A stretch of DNA of 64,000 nt. It comes from Dehalococcoidia bacterium (GTDB lineage: Bacteria > Chloroflexota > Dehalococcoidia > Lucifugimonadales > CAUZJF01). The position numbers and the translations under genes were made by a program. Of the stretch, positions 1 to 7,841 are shown piece after piece. The first letter of the stretch is position 1. Each line of letters starts with the position of its first letter. The notes beneath the pieces are model-generated. The model made no database searches and was not told the origin of the DNA. It saw nothing but the letters and a program-made list of their open reading frames with translations. The stretch lies in assembly GCA_965237635.1 (NCBI GenBank), contig CBDEFX010000002.1:978554-1042553 (forward strand), written 5' to 3'.

Positions 1-53
1 AATCAGGCGTGGCGGTTATTCGTCGCACCCTGTAGAAGAAAAACAAAAAGACG

Positions 54-235
54 CTGAAAAATCTGTTCCATTTTGTTCCATTGTGTCCTGCTCAGCTAGG
101 GACCCTGGTACACTGCGGAACAGCGGGGCAAAGAAATGGGACAGGCCGCTTGGGTCTGTCCCTCGGACCAAGTATAGCACCTATGTTCGCGATTGTCTAG
201 GGGCGGAACTTGGAAGCAACTTCTTGCGCAAAGCC
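54..235 (-). repeat. Dispersed promoter-hairpin-decamer module, copy 1
   Basis: Aligns by eye over about 182 bp with 41311-41493 and, more diverged, with 34871-35019. Shared core AAATGGGACAG...CTGTCCC...AGTATAGCAC-N4-GTTCG. Confidence 0.85.
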
Positions 236-257
236 CCTTCGGAAGGAGACGGGATAG

Positions 258-280
258 GTAGGGGCGCACGGCGTGCGCCC
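258..280 (+). repeat. GTAG-REP palindrome (GGGCGCA family)
   Basis: GTAG GGGCGCAC GGC GTGCGCCC; relatives at 3947-3969, 21516-21538 (-), 35161-35185 (-), 5450-5475. Confidence 0.75.
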
Positions 281-287
281 GCTCTGC

Positions 288-1694
288 TTACCGCCTGGCC
301 CTCGCTCTCGCCAGCGGACGTCCAGCCCTTTTCGGACTGCGCTGCTTATTGCGGTAGTCAGGCGCGTCTAGCCTGATCAACTCACCCACGGAGGGGTCCT
401 GGATTCTCGAACCTATCGGGCCCTGCTCCTCGGGCCGCGTAAAGTCGATCATGGTCGTAATTATCGTAGGCAGGCGCGTGTTGTGCCTGTGCACGATCAT
501 CTGGTGCAGCTTCTCGTCCGCCCACGGACTGCTTCGTTCCCGCCCAAGGTCGTCCAGGATGAGAAGAGGCGTGTTCTTTATCTCCTCGAACCGCTGGTCG
601 TAGGTGACACCACTGTGGGGCTCGAACGTGGCCCTAAGGTGGTCTAGAAGATCGGACACCATGATGAAGAACACGGAGTGCCCCAGCTTGAGCCGTTCGA
701 TCGCGATAGCGACTGCCAGATGCGTCTTGCCCACGCCGGTATCCCCGAAAATCGTAAGCCACCCGTCAGGGTCTGCCGCATAGGTACTGGCGAACTTGTG
801 CGCGTGCTCCAGACTGCGTCGCTGGTCGTTGGTGGGGCTGTTGCCTCGGACGTTGAAGCTCTCGAAGGCCATGGACTCGATCATCCGGTTCGGGATCTGT
901 CCCAGACGGTCGGAGCGGTCGGGCACCCGGCTCCTGAGCTCGATGGCGTGGCTGAGCCCAGGTGTCTGCACCCGGCTTCGTATGTAGGAGTCTAGCTCGT
1001 CCAGAGGGCCCGTCGTCGTGATCACCATCGGGCGTAGGGCATTGTAGCGGTGGTTGATGATCTGCCGTAGCTTCTCATCCGCCCACGCGGTCGTGCTGTG
1101 GGAGCCGAGGCTGTCGAGTATCAACAGCGGCGTGTTGCTCACCAGCTCGAACAGCTCGCTATATGCCGTATCGCTGGTCGGGCCGAAGGTGGCTCGCAGG
1201 TGATCGAGCAGGTCGGGCACGTGCGAGAAAAAGACTACGTGGCCGCGTTCGATGCACCTGTTGCCGATCGCAGCTGCAAGATGGGTCTTGCCTGAGCCGT
1301 GGGGGCCCGCCAGGACCAGCCAGCCGCTGGGACTCTCCGCATACTTCTCCGCGGCACTGTACGCATCTGTGAATTGCCTCTGGCTTTCAGGGTCGTCTGA
1401 CTGGCCGTGAGGCTCCAGGCTGTCGAACGTGAACCGGGTCAGTGCCCCAAGGTTGCTGTAGCGGAGCAGCCGGTCGGTCTGTTCCTGCTCGAGCCGCTCC
1501 TCTTGGCACCGGCACGTGATCGCCTTGCCGAATGCAGGGTCGCCCACAGGCACGTCGGCCGTGTACCAACCCGGGCCTCCGCAGATCTCGCAAGGTTCGG
1601 ACTCGTCGGCCGGACCCGGCGGCGCCGCACCGTCGCTATCGTCGTTGGTGCTGCTCGTATCCAGCCGTTCTAGGATATCGCCCAGTTCCTCCAT
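288..1694 (-). CDS. DnaC/IstB-like helicase loader with two tandem AAA+ domains and N-terminal Cys motif
   Basis: CEICGG...CRC Zn motif; two Walker A motifs (GPHGSGKT, GDTGVGKT); two LLILD Walker B motifs; repeated ITT(N/T/M) sensor; directly downstream of dnaB and dnaD. Confidence 0.85.
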   Translation of the reverse strand: MEELGDILERLDTSSTNDDSDGAAPPGPADESEPCEICGGPGWYTADVPVGDPAFGKAITCRCQEERLEQEQTDRLLRYSNLGALTRFTFDSLEPHGQSDDPESQRQFTDAYSAAEKYAESPSGWLVLAGPHGSGKTHLAAAIGNRCIERGHVVFFSHVPDLLDHLRATFGPTSDTAYSELFELVSNTPLLILDSLGSHSTTAWADEKLRQIINHRYNALRPMVITTTGPLDELDSYIRSRVQTPGLSHAIELRSRVPDRSDRLGQIPNRMIESMAFESFNVRGNSPTNDQRRSLEHAHKFASTYAADPDGWLTIFGDTGVGKTHLAVAIAIERLKLGHSVFFIMVSDLLDHLRATFEPHSGVTYDQRFEEIKNTPLLILDDLGRERSSPWADEKLHQMIVHRHNTRLPTIITTMIDFTRPEEQGPIGSRIQDPSVGELIRLDAPDYRNKQRSPKRAGRPLARARARR

Positions 1695-2316
1695 CGTTCC
1701 TGCCCTCTCGCTCCCATCGGTCCAGTATCGCGGCGATGTATCTCCAGCTACGTTTGTTATTTGTGACCGCCTCCCGGAAGGCGTCCTCTATCCAGCTCTG
1801 CGGGTAAAGCTCCTCTGCCTCTTTGAGCTCCTCGGAGACCATCGGGCTGAGCATTCCTACGTTGTCCTCATATAGAACGAATATGTTGGGACGCTCGGTC
1901 GCGCCCTCCCACGTCTCTGCCCTGGACGTCTCTCCGTTGGACCGCTCAACACGGGCCTCGGCCAACGCCCTTCTGTCTTTTTCTGTGTTCAGCACGTAAA
2001 CCTGCTGCGCCGGGTCGCCACCGCCTAGCGGCCCCGCGGCGAAGGAGCCGCGTTTTACAGCCAATTCTAGACCCCTCTCAATCTCTGAACGGGCGTCCCT
2101 GCTCCCGGCCCCGAGCGACCGCACTAAAACACCGTCGGCCAGGAGCTCGTCGAGTGTAACGTATCTGGGGACCCCTTTTTTCTGGTGCAGGAGCCATATC
2201 AGCCGAAGGGTGCATTTGAGCTCCCCCAGGTCGTCGATCTGCTCCAGCAGGGGGCCGAACAGAGGGTTGGGTACCGGCGTAAACCGCACCTTCGGGGGAA
2301 ACCCGGCGAAGGTCAT
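1636..2316 (-). CDS. DnaD domain protein
   Basis: C-terminal NIFVLYEDNVGMLSP...WIEDAFREAVTNNKRSWRYIAAILDRW is a DnaD/DnaB_2-type motif; sits between dnaB and the dnaC-like gene. Confidence 0.85.
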   Translation of the reverse strand: MTFAGFPPKVRFTPVPNPLFGPLLEQIDDLGELKCTLRLIWLLHQKKGVPRYVTLDELLADGVLVRSLGAGSRDARSEIERGLELAVKRGSFAAGPLGGGDPAQQVYVLNTEKDRRALAEARVERSNGETSRAETWEGATERPNIFVLYEDNVGMLSPMVSEELKEAEELYPQSWIEDAFREAVTNNKRSWRYIAAILDRWEREGRNDGGTGRYPRTAGYEQHQRR

Positions 2317-3696
2317 CTACGCGAACTCCCTGGAAGGAACAGGCCGGTCCAGACTCTCGAACCGGACCAGGTTGTTTCGGAAGTACAGCGGGATAGTGCC
2401 CGTCGGCCCATTCCTGTGTTTGGCTATGATGATCTCGGCCATGTTCTCGGGGTAGGGCTCGCTCGGGTTTCGCTTTTCCCACTCATCCCGCGTTGTGTAG
2501 GCGTCCTCCCGATATATGAACGCCACCACGTCCGCGTCCTGCTCTATGCTGCCGCTCTCCCGCAGGTCGGACAATATCGGGCGGTGGGAAGGTCGCTGCT
2601 CCGGAGCGCGACTGAGCTGAGAGCAGGCCAGTACCGGGATGTCGAGGTCTCGCGCGATGCCCTTGAACGTACGGGATATCTCGGCCATCTCTTGTACTCG
2701 GTTCTCGGTTCTGCGGCTCGGGTCACGTATCAGCTGAAGGTAATCGATGATCAAAAGATCGATCCCGCGTTCGGTCTGAAGGCGCCGCGCCTTGCCCAGC
2801 ATCTCTACAATCCACTGAATCGGGGTGTCGTCAATGTAGATGGGCAGCTCCGACAGCACCCCAATCGCGTTCATCTCCCGCCGGTGCTCCGCCTCGCTCA
2901 CCATCCCCAGCCGCATGCGATAGCTATCGACGCTGGCCTCGCTCGAAAGCAGCCGAATCGCTATCTGCTGAGCGCTCATCTCCAAGCTGAATATGCCTAC
3001 CGTGGCCCCTTGTTCTGCGGCGTATCGAGCTATGTTGAATGCCAGAGTGCTCTTTCCGAGACTGGGCCGGGCGGCGAGCACCGTAAGGTCCGACCGGTGC
3101 AGTCCTCCTCCGAGCAGCTTGTCCAGACTGGTGAAACCGGTAGGCACCGGTGCCATGTGCCGGTCCTGGGCTAGGTCGATCGTCGCCGTCTCCTCCATAT
3201 GGGCGTCGAGAACCTCTCTGATGTGCAGGAAGTCGCGGGTGCCTCGCCCGGTCCGCACGCGAAACAAGAGCTCCTCGGCCATGCTGAGCGCCGCGTCGAC
3301 GTCTGCACCTTCTTCGTAGCCTATGGATGCGATGTCACCCCCGGCTCCTATGAGCTGTCGCATAACGGAAGTGCGCTGTACGATCCGGGCGTAGTGCTCA
3401 ATGTGCACGGACGTCGGCATCGAGCGGACCAGGTGCCCCAGGTACGCGGCTCCTCCCGCCTCGTCCAGCTTGTCTTGTTGAGACAGCTCGTGGGCAACCG
3501 TCACCTGGTTTATCGCCTCTCCCCTGGTAGACAAGGCCTCGCACGCTTCGTAGCACCATCGAGTCTTCCCAATATAGAAGTCAGCCGCCTTCAGGATCGG
3601 CGTGGCCTTGGTCCAAGCGTCACTATCGATCAGCATCGACCCGATAACTGCTTCCTCGGCTTCGGGGTTATGAGGCAGTAGTCGTTCGGCGTACAA
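2317..3696 (-). CDS. dnaB: Replicative DNA helicase
   Basis: LLPHNPEAEEAVIG, AARPSLGKS, IIDYLQL, SDLRESGSIEQDAD, IIAKHRNGPTG. Confidence 0.98.
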   Translation of the reverse strand: MYAERLLPHNPEAEEAVIGSMLIDSDAWTKATPILKAADFYIGKTRWCYEACEALSTRGEAINQVTVAHELSQQDKLDEAGGAAYLGHLVRSMPTSVHIEHYARIVQRTSVMRQLIGAGGDIASIGYEEGADVDAALSMAEELLFRVRTGRGTRDFLHIREVLDAHMEETATIDLAQDRHMAPVPTGFTSLDKLLGGGLHRSDLTVLAARPSLGKSTLAFNIARYAAEQGATVGIFSLEMSAQQIAIRLLSSEASVDSYRMRLGMVSEAEHRREMNAIGVLSELPIYIDDTPIQWIVEMLGKARRLQTERGIDLLIIDYLQLIRDPSRRTENRVQEMAEISRTFKGIARDLDIPVLACSQLSRAPEQRPSHRPILSDLRESGSIEQDADVVAFIYREDAYTTRDEWEKRNPSEPYPENMAEIIIAKHRNGPTGTIPLYFRNNLVRFESLDRPVPSREFA

Positions 3697-3800
3697 TTCA
3701 GCTTATCCTTGTCTACGGTGCTCTACGCTCATAGCTTACAGAAGCTTGCACCAAGCCTGTCGAGTGTGGGCTTCCGAAGGTTCTACCCAGTTCCGTCATC

Positions 3801-3839
3801 CCCGAGTAGTTCCGATGCCCCATTGGGACTACTCGGGGG
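3801..3839 (+). repeat. REP palindrome family A (CCCGAGTAGTCCCGATG-loop-CATCGGGAC)
   Basis: About 11 related copies: 3801, 4029, 4267, 4391, 5369, 19360, 21942, 28199, 32193, 41238, 46304; all intergenic or at gene edges. Confidence 0.85.
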
Positions 3840-4028
3840 GCCAGTCCCTTGATAAACCCACGCGGCCCTGACCGAAAGGGCCTGCTTTCCCCATGAAACC
3901 TAGTATATGACTAGAAGACCTTCTCGCGAACATGGCATCGGCTTATGTAGGGGCGCAAGGCTTGCGCCCTGCTCTCGATCCCTTCACTTACGGGCGAGGG
4001 TGAGGATGACCACCCCAACCCCGTCCGT

Positions 4029-4430
4029 CCCGAGTGTCCCGGTGCCCTCATCGGGACCGTATCGAGGGAGCCATGCGAACGCCCCTCGATACGGCGCTAA
4101 GAAGCGCCTACTCGGGGTATGCGGAGGCTATGGCCACCACCCACCGAATATCCCGATACCCCATCCGGACGAATCGAGGGACAGGACAGACCATCCCTCT
4201 CGGAACCACGATCCTAGCACCCTACTCGCGGTGTGCGGGAGGCGACGGCCACCACCCACCGAATATCCCGAGTAGTCCCGATGCCCCCATCGGGACGTAT
4301 CGAGGGACAGGACAGACCATCCGTCTCGGAACCATGAAACTAGAACCTACTCGGCGTATGCGGGAGGCGACGGCCATCGCACACCGAATACCCCGAGTGT
4401 CCCGATGTCGCATCGGGACACTCGGGGGGC
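4029..4430. repeat. Tandem array of 114-125 bp units containing family A REP hairpins (BIME/REPIN-like)
   Basis: CTACTCG..GTxTGCGG unit starts at 4108, 4222 and 4347; GAGGGACAGGACAGACCATCC and CACCGAATA(T/C)CCCGA recur. Confidence 0.85.
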
Positions 4431-4446
4431 GCCCTGCTGCTAACGC

Positions 4447-5316
4447 CTAAGCGCCCTCGCGAGTCTCGCCATCCTCGTCCGCCTTCTCTTCTTCCGCAAC
4501 ACTCACATCTTCAGGCGGCGCCTCGGCGACGATCTCAGGGGCCTCTTGCTCTGCGACAGCCTCGTCAGGCTGCTCCTCGGCCTCGGGCGGAGTCTCCTTA
4601 GCGCCAGTGGCCTCTGGCGCCTCTTCCTCCGCAACACTGACATCTTGATGGGGCGCCTCGGCAACGGCTTTGGAGGCCTCCTGCTCTGCGACCGTGTCGT
4701 CAGGCTCCTCATCAACGGCGGCCGTGTCTTCGGCTGGCGTGTCCGTTTCGATTTCGGTGGCTTCTACCTGCGCGACGGCAACGTCCCCGTCGGACGACTC
4801 GCCGGCCTCCTTCTCGGCCTCCGCCTCCCGGGCCGCCTCGAAGCTCTCAAGGAATTCAACAGGGTCGGTGCCCGCCGGATGGACCAGAAGCTTGATGTCG
4901 GTCTCCACCTCTGCGTGAAGCCTTATCCGGAGATCAAAAAGTCCAACCTCGCGGATCGACTCGGGAATCGAGATCGTCCGTCGGTCGATCTCTCGCTCGG
5001 CAATCTTCGCCAGCCCCTCGGCAACGATGGCGTTTGTCACTGACCCGTACAGGCGGCCGCTCGCTCCGGCCCTCATCTCTACGTTTAGCTGGGCGCCGTC
5101 AAGCGCCTCGCGGAGATCCTTCATATCCGCTAGCGTCTTGGTCCGCGTCGCTTCGGCTTCCTTCTTCAGCCGTTCGACACGCTGTAACGCGTCTTTCGTG
5201 ATAGGCGTCGCCAGACGCTTTGGGATCAGGTAGTTACGCGCGAACCCGGCCTTGACCTCCTTGACGTCACCCCCTTGGGCGACACCGGTCACGTCCTCCA
5301 AAAAGACCACTCTCAT
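4447..5316 (-). CDS. rplI: 50S ribosomal protein L9 with about 140-aa acidic C-terminal extension
   Basis: MRVVFLEDV..GDVKEVKAGFARNYLIPK, GRLYGSVT; tail rich in E/A/D. Confidence 0.97.
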   Translation of the reverse strand: MRVVFLEDVTGVAQGGDVKEVKAGFARNYLIPKRLATPITKDALQRVERLKKEAEATRTKTLADMKDLREALDGAQLNVEMRAGASGRLYGSVTNAIVAEGLAKIAEREIDRRTISIPESIREVGLFDLRIRLHAEVETDIKLLVHPAGTDPVEFLESFEAAREAEAEKEAGESSDGDVAVAQVEATEIETDTPAEDTAAVDEEPDDTVAEQEASKAVAEAPHQDVSVAEEEAPEATGAKETPPEAEEQPDEAVAEQEAPEIVAEAPPEDVSVAEEEKADEDGETREGA

Positions 5317-5634
5317 ATCGTAGTACCTCGGATACTTCAGAAGTTCAGAATCGGGACAATCCGTCTATCCCGAGTAGTCACGATTCCCCGTGGGACGTAT
5401 CGAGGGACCTGTCCCGAGCTAAGTGGAAGTCTAGACTTCCAAGCTGGACGTAGGCGCGGATTTCAAACCCGCCCTCCCTCCTCCGCACTGAGTTTGCGGA
5501 AGTGGGAGGCCGTCGAAAGACAGGTCTCGATTGGCCGGATTATAACATGCCGCGCCCACAATCAGTAGGGTCAATGACGGGGAATTCGGGGTGCAATTTC
5601 CTTCTTGAAGCCCCGCCCTGACGTGCCCATCACA

Positions 5635-5664
5635 TTGACATTAACGGAATCAAGCGGCTAGAAT
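5635..5664 (+). promoter_or_regulatory. Sigma70-type promoter of rpsP operon
   Basis: TTGACA-18 bp-TAGAAT, 46 bp upstream of the rpsP GTG. Confidence 0.7.
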
Positions 5665-5710
5665 CTACCGGTAGGGTAAGAGAACGCCTGTTCAGGGAGA
5701 CATTTGCGAA

Positions 5711-5968
5711 GTGCTTCGAATTAGACTCAGAAGGGTAGGGGCTAAGAAACAGCCGAGTTACAGAGTTGTGGTAGCCGACTCAAGGGCGGCGCGAGATGGG
5801 GCCTTTGTGGAGAAGATCGGCCATCATGACCCGCTGACCGACCCGCCAACGACCGTAATCGACGAGGAAAAAGCGCTGAAGTGGCTGCGAGTCGGTGCTC
5901 AGCCTAGTGAGGCGGTCGGGCGGATATTCAAGCGAATGGGAATCTTCGAAAGAGTCAAGCAGGAATGA
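5711..5968 (+). CDS. rpsP: 30S ribosomal protein S16
   Basis: [30 protein letters not shown]. Confidence 0.98.
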   Translation: MLRIRLRRVGAKKQPSYRVVVADSRAARDGAFVEKIGHHDPLTDPPTTVIDEEKALKWLRVGAQPSEAVGRIFKRMGIFERVKQE

Positions 5969-6192
5969 AAGAGCTGGTCGAGTATATCGTCAAGTCCATC
6001 GCCTCACACCCCGACGACGTCAAGGTCACGGAGGAAGATGAAGATGGACGCATCATTTTGAGGCTTGAGGTGGCTCCCGAGGATAAGGGAAAGGTCATCG
6101 GCCGACAAGGCCGAGTGGCCCAGTCGATTAGAGTCCTCCTCAGGGTAGCCGCCGTGAAACAAGGCACCCGCGCAATGCTGGAGATAGTCTAG
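5965..6192 (+). CDS. khpA: KH-domain RNA-binding protein
   Basis: [21 protein letters not shown] GxxG loop; usual position after rpsP. Confidence 0.92.
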   Translation: MKELVEYIVKSIASHPDDVKVTEEDEDGRIILRLEVAPEDKGKVIGRQGRVAQSIRVLLRVAAVKQGTRAMLEIV

Positions 6193-6202
6193 CCAGACTG
6201 CG

Positions 6203-6757
6203 TTGTCTCTACCCACGTCATTGCCCCAGTTGCCCCTTCCAGACCAAGTACCTAGCCCCAACTCCCAGGATGCAGTCGTCGTCGGCCGGGTCACTGGGCC
6301 GTGGGGCCTTCTCGGCGACGTCAAGGTAGAGCCATCCACCGACTTCCCCGAGCGCTTCTCTCCAGGAAGCGTCCTCTTGCTCGATGGCCGTCCAACACGC
6401 GTAGTCCGCTCCCGAAGCCACAAGGGCGCTTTCGTTGTCAAGCTCGACCAGGTCAACGATCGTACCCAGGCCGAGTCGCTCCGAGGAACGATCCTTTCCA
6501 TCCGAAGGGATGAGACAAGACCTCTCCCTGAGGGCACCTACTACTACTTTCAGATCATCGACATGGGCGTCTGGAGCGAAGACGGCGAGTATCTCGGAGC
6601 TGTAACCCAGGTGCTGTCCACCGGGGCCAACGACGTCTACGTGGTCCGGGATGCCGGTCAGAAAGAGGTCCTGATTCCTGCCCTAGAGGACGTGGTCCTA
6701 GAGGTCAACCCAGCCGAAGGCAGGATGGTGGTCCGTCTCCCCGAGGGACTCCGCTAA
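6203..6757 (+). CDS. rimM: 16S rRNA processing protein RimM
   Basis: VGRVTGPWGLLGDVKV, YYYFQIIDM, TGANDVYVV, EVLIPA; exact start uncertain. Confidence 0.95.
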   Translation: MSLPTSLPQLPLPDQVPSPNSQDAVVVGRVTGPWGLLGDVKVEPSTDFPERFSPGSVLLLDGRPTRVVRSRSHKGAFVVKLDQVNDRTQAESLRGTILSIRRDETRPLPEGTYYYFQIIDMGVWSEDGEYLGAVTQVLSTGANDVYVVRDAGQKEVLIPALEDVVLEVNPAEGRMVVRLPEGLR

Positions 6758-6770
6758 AAGGCTCGCGAGC

Positions 6771-7841
6771 TTAGGCGCCCTTCAGGACTTTGAAGGCGGC
6801 GGGGTCGACAAGGAGCGAAACTTGCTGGCCCGGCTCTAGTATGGCACCGGAGAGGTCCGGCAGCAAACGGCAGAAGAGAGCGCCCTCTCCGACGCTGACC
6901 TTGAGCTCGTACTCGCTGCCCCGGAACACCCTTTCCACGATGGTCCCCGTGAGCGTGTTCTTCTCCGGGGGTCCGTCGTCGACCGTCAGGCCCACGGCTA
7001 TCCCGCTCTCCTTGATTAGCAGCGTGTTCTCACCCTCAGGCGCCGATTGCTGGCTCAGGGTGAGAGTTCCGACAGCGCACTCGATCTCAGTGGTCTCGCC
7101 ATGGCGCCGCACGACCCCTCGCATAATGTTCTTGAACCCCAGGGACCGGGCAACGAACTCGTCGCCGGGGTCGTCGAAGACCTCCTTGGCGGTACCGGTC
7201 CGGACTATCTTGCCCTCGTTCATGAACATCAGCCTGTCGGCCATTGCGAAGGCCTCGTCCCTGTCGTGCGTGACGTAAATAGCTGTCGCACCCACCCTCT
7301 TAAGGATGGCGCGCATTTGGACCTGAAGCGAGTCCCTCAGGGCCCTGTCCAGTGCTCCCAGGGGCTCGTCGAGCATCAAAAGCCGGGGGGCCGGCGCCAG
7401 CGACCGCGCCAGCGCTACACGCTGCCGTTCGCCCCCGGAGAGCTCGTGGACCTTTCGCTCGGCGAAGCCGGCCATGTCGACCAGGGCCAGCAGTTCGTGG
7501 ACCCGCTCCCGGACGGCCGCCTTCGGCAGACGCTGCATACGCAGTCCGAACGCCACGTTTCCAAACACGTCCATATGAGGGAACAGCGCCAGGTCCTGGA
7601 ACATCAGGCCGAAACCCCGCTCTTGCGCGGGGACTCCACCAAGCGGCTCGCTGTCGATGGAGACAGTCCCTTCGTCCGGCTCGTCGATCCCGGCGATGAG
7701 TCGAAGGAGCGTGGTCTTACCCGAGCCGCTCGGTCCTAGCAGGCACAGGATCTCCCCCTTTTCGACCACGAAGGAGACCCCATCGACGGCCACGGCTATA
7801 TCGAAGGACTTAGAGAGGCCGGAGACCTCGAGGAGCGCCAT
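6771..7841 (-). CDS. ABC transporter ATP-binding subunit (ThiQ/PotA-like)
   Basis: GPSGSGKT, LSGGERQR, LLMLDEP; start placed at MALLEV (7841), overlapping the permease stop (ATGA). Confidence 0.92.
   Translation of the reverse strand: MALLEVSGLSKSFDIAVAVDGVSFVVEKGEILCLLGPSGSGKTTLLRLIAGIDEPDEGTVSIDSEPLGGVPAQERGFGLMFQDLALFPHMDVFGNVAFGLRMQRLPKAAVRERVHELLALVDMAGFAERKVHELSGGERQRVALARSLAPAPRLLMLDEPLGALDRALRDSLQVQMRAILKRVGATAIYVTHDRDEAFAMADRLMFMNEGKIVRTGTAKEVFDDPGDEFVARSLGFKNIMRGVVRRHGETTEIECAVGTLTLSQQSAPEGENTLLIKESGIAVGLTVDDGPPEKNTLTGTIVERVFRGSEYELKVSVGEGALFCRLLPDLSGAILEPGQQVSLLVDPAAFKVLKGA

Noticed and set aside
83-376. ORFs 83-376, 34854-35036, 34900-35277, 3907-4275 and 4034-4450
   Set aside because: They are translations of repeat elements (shared KKWDRPLGSVP-like text) with no protein-family features.
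4029-4430. Possible CRISPR array
   Set aside because: Intervening sequences are themselves repeated, repeats are not identical, the period is 114-125 bp, and no cas genes are present; fits a REP tandem array.
6203-6770. Absence of trmD/rplS after rimM
   Set aside because: Breakage of this operon is common and not informative alone.
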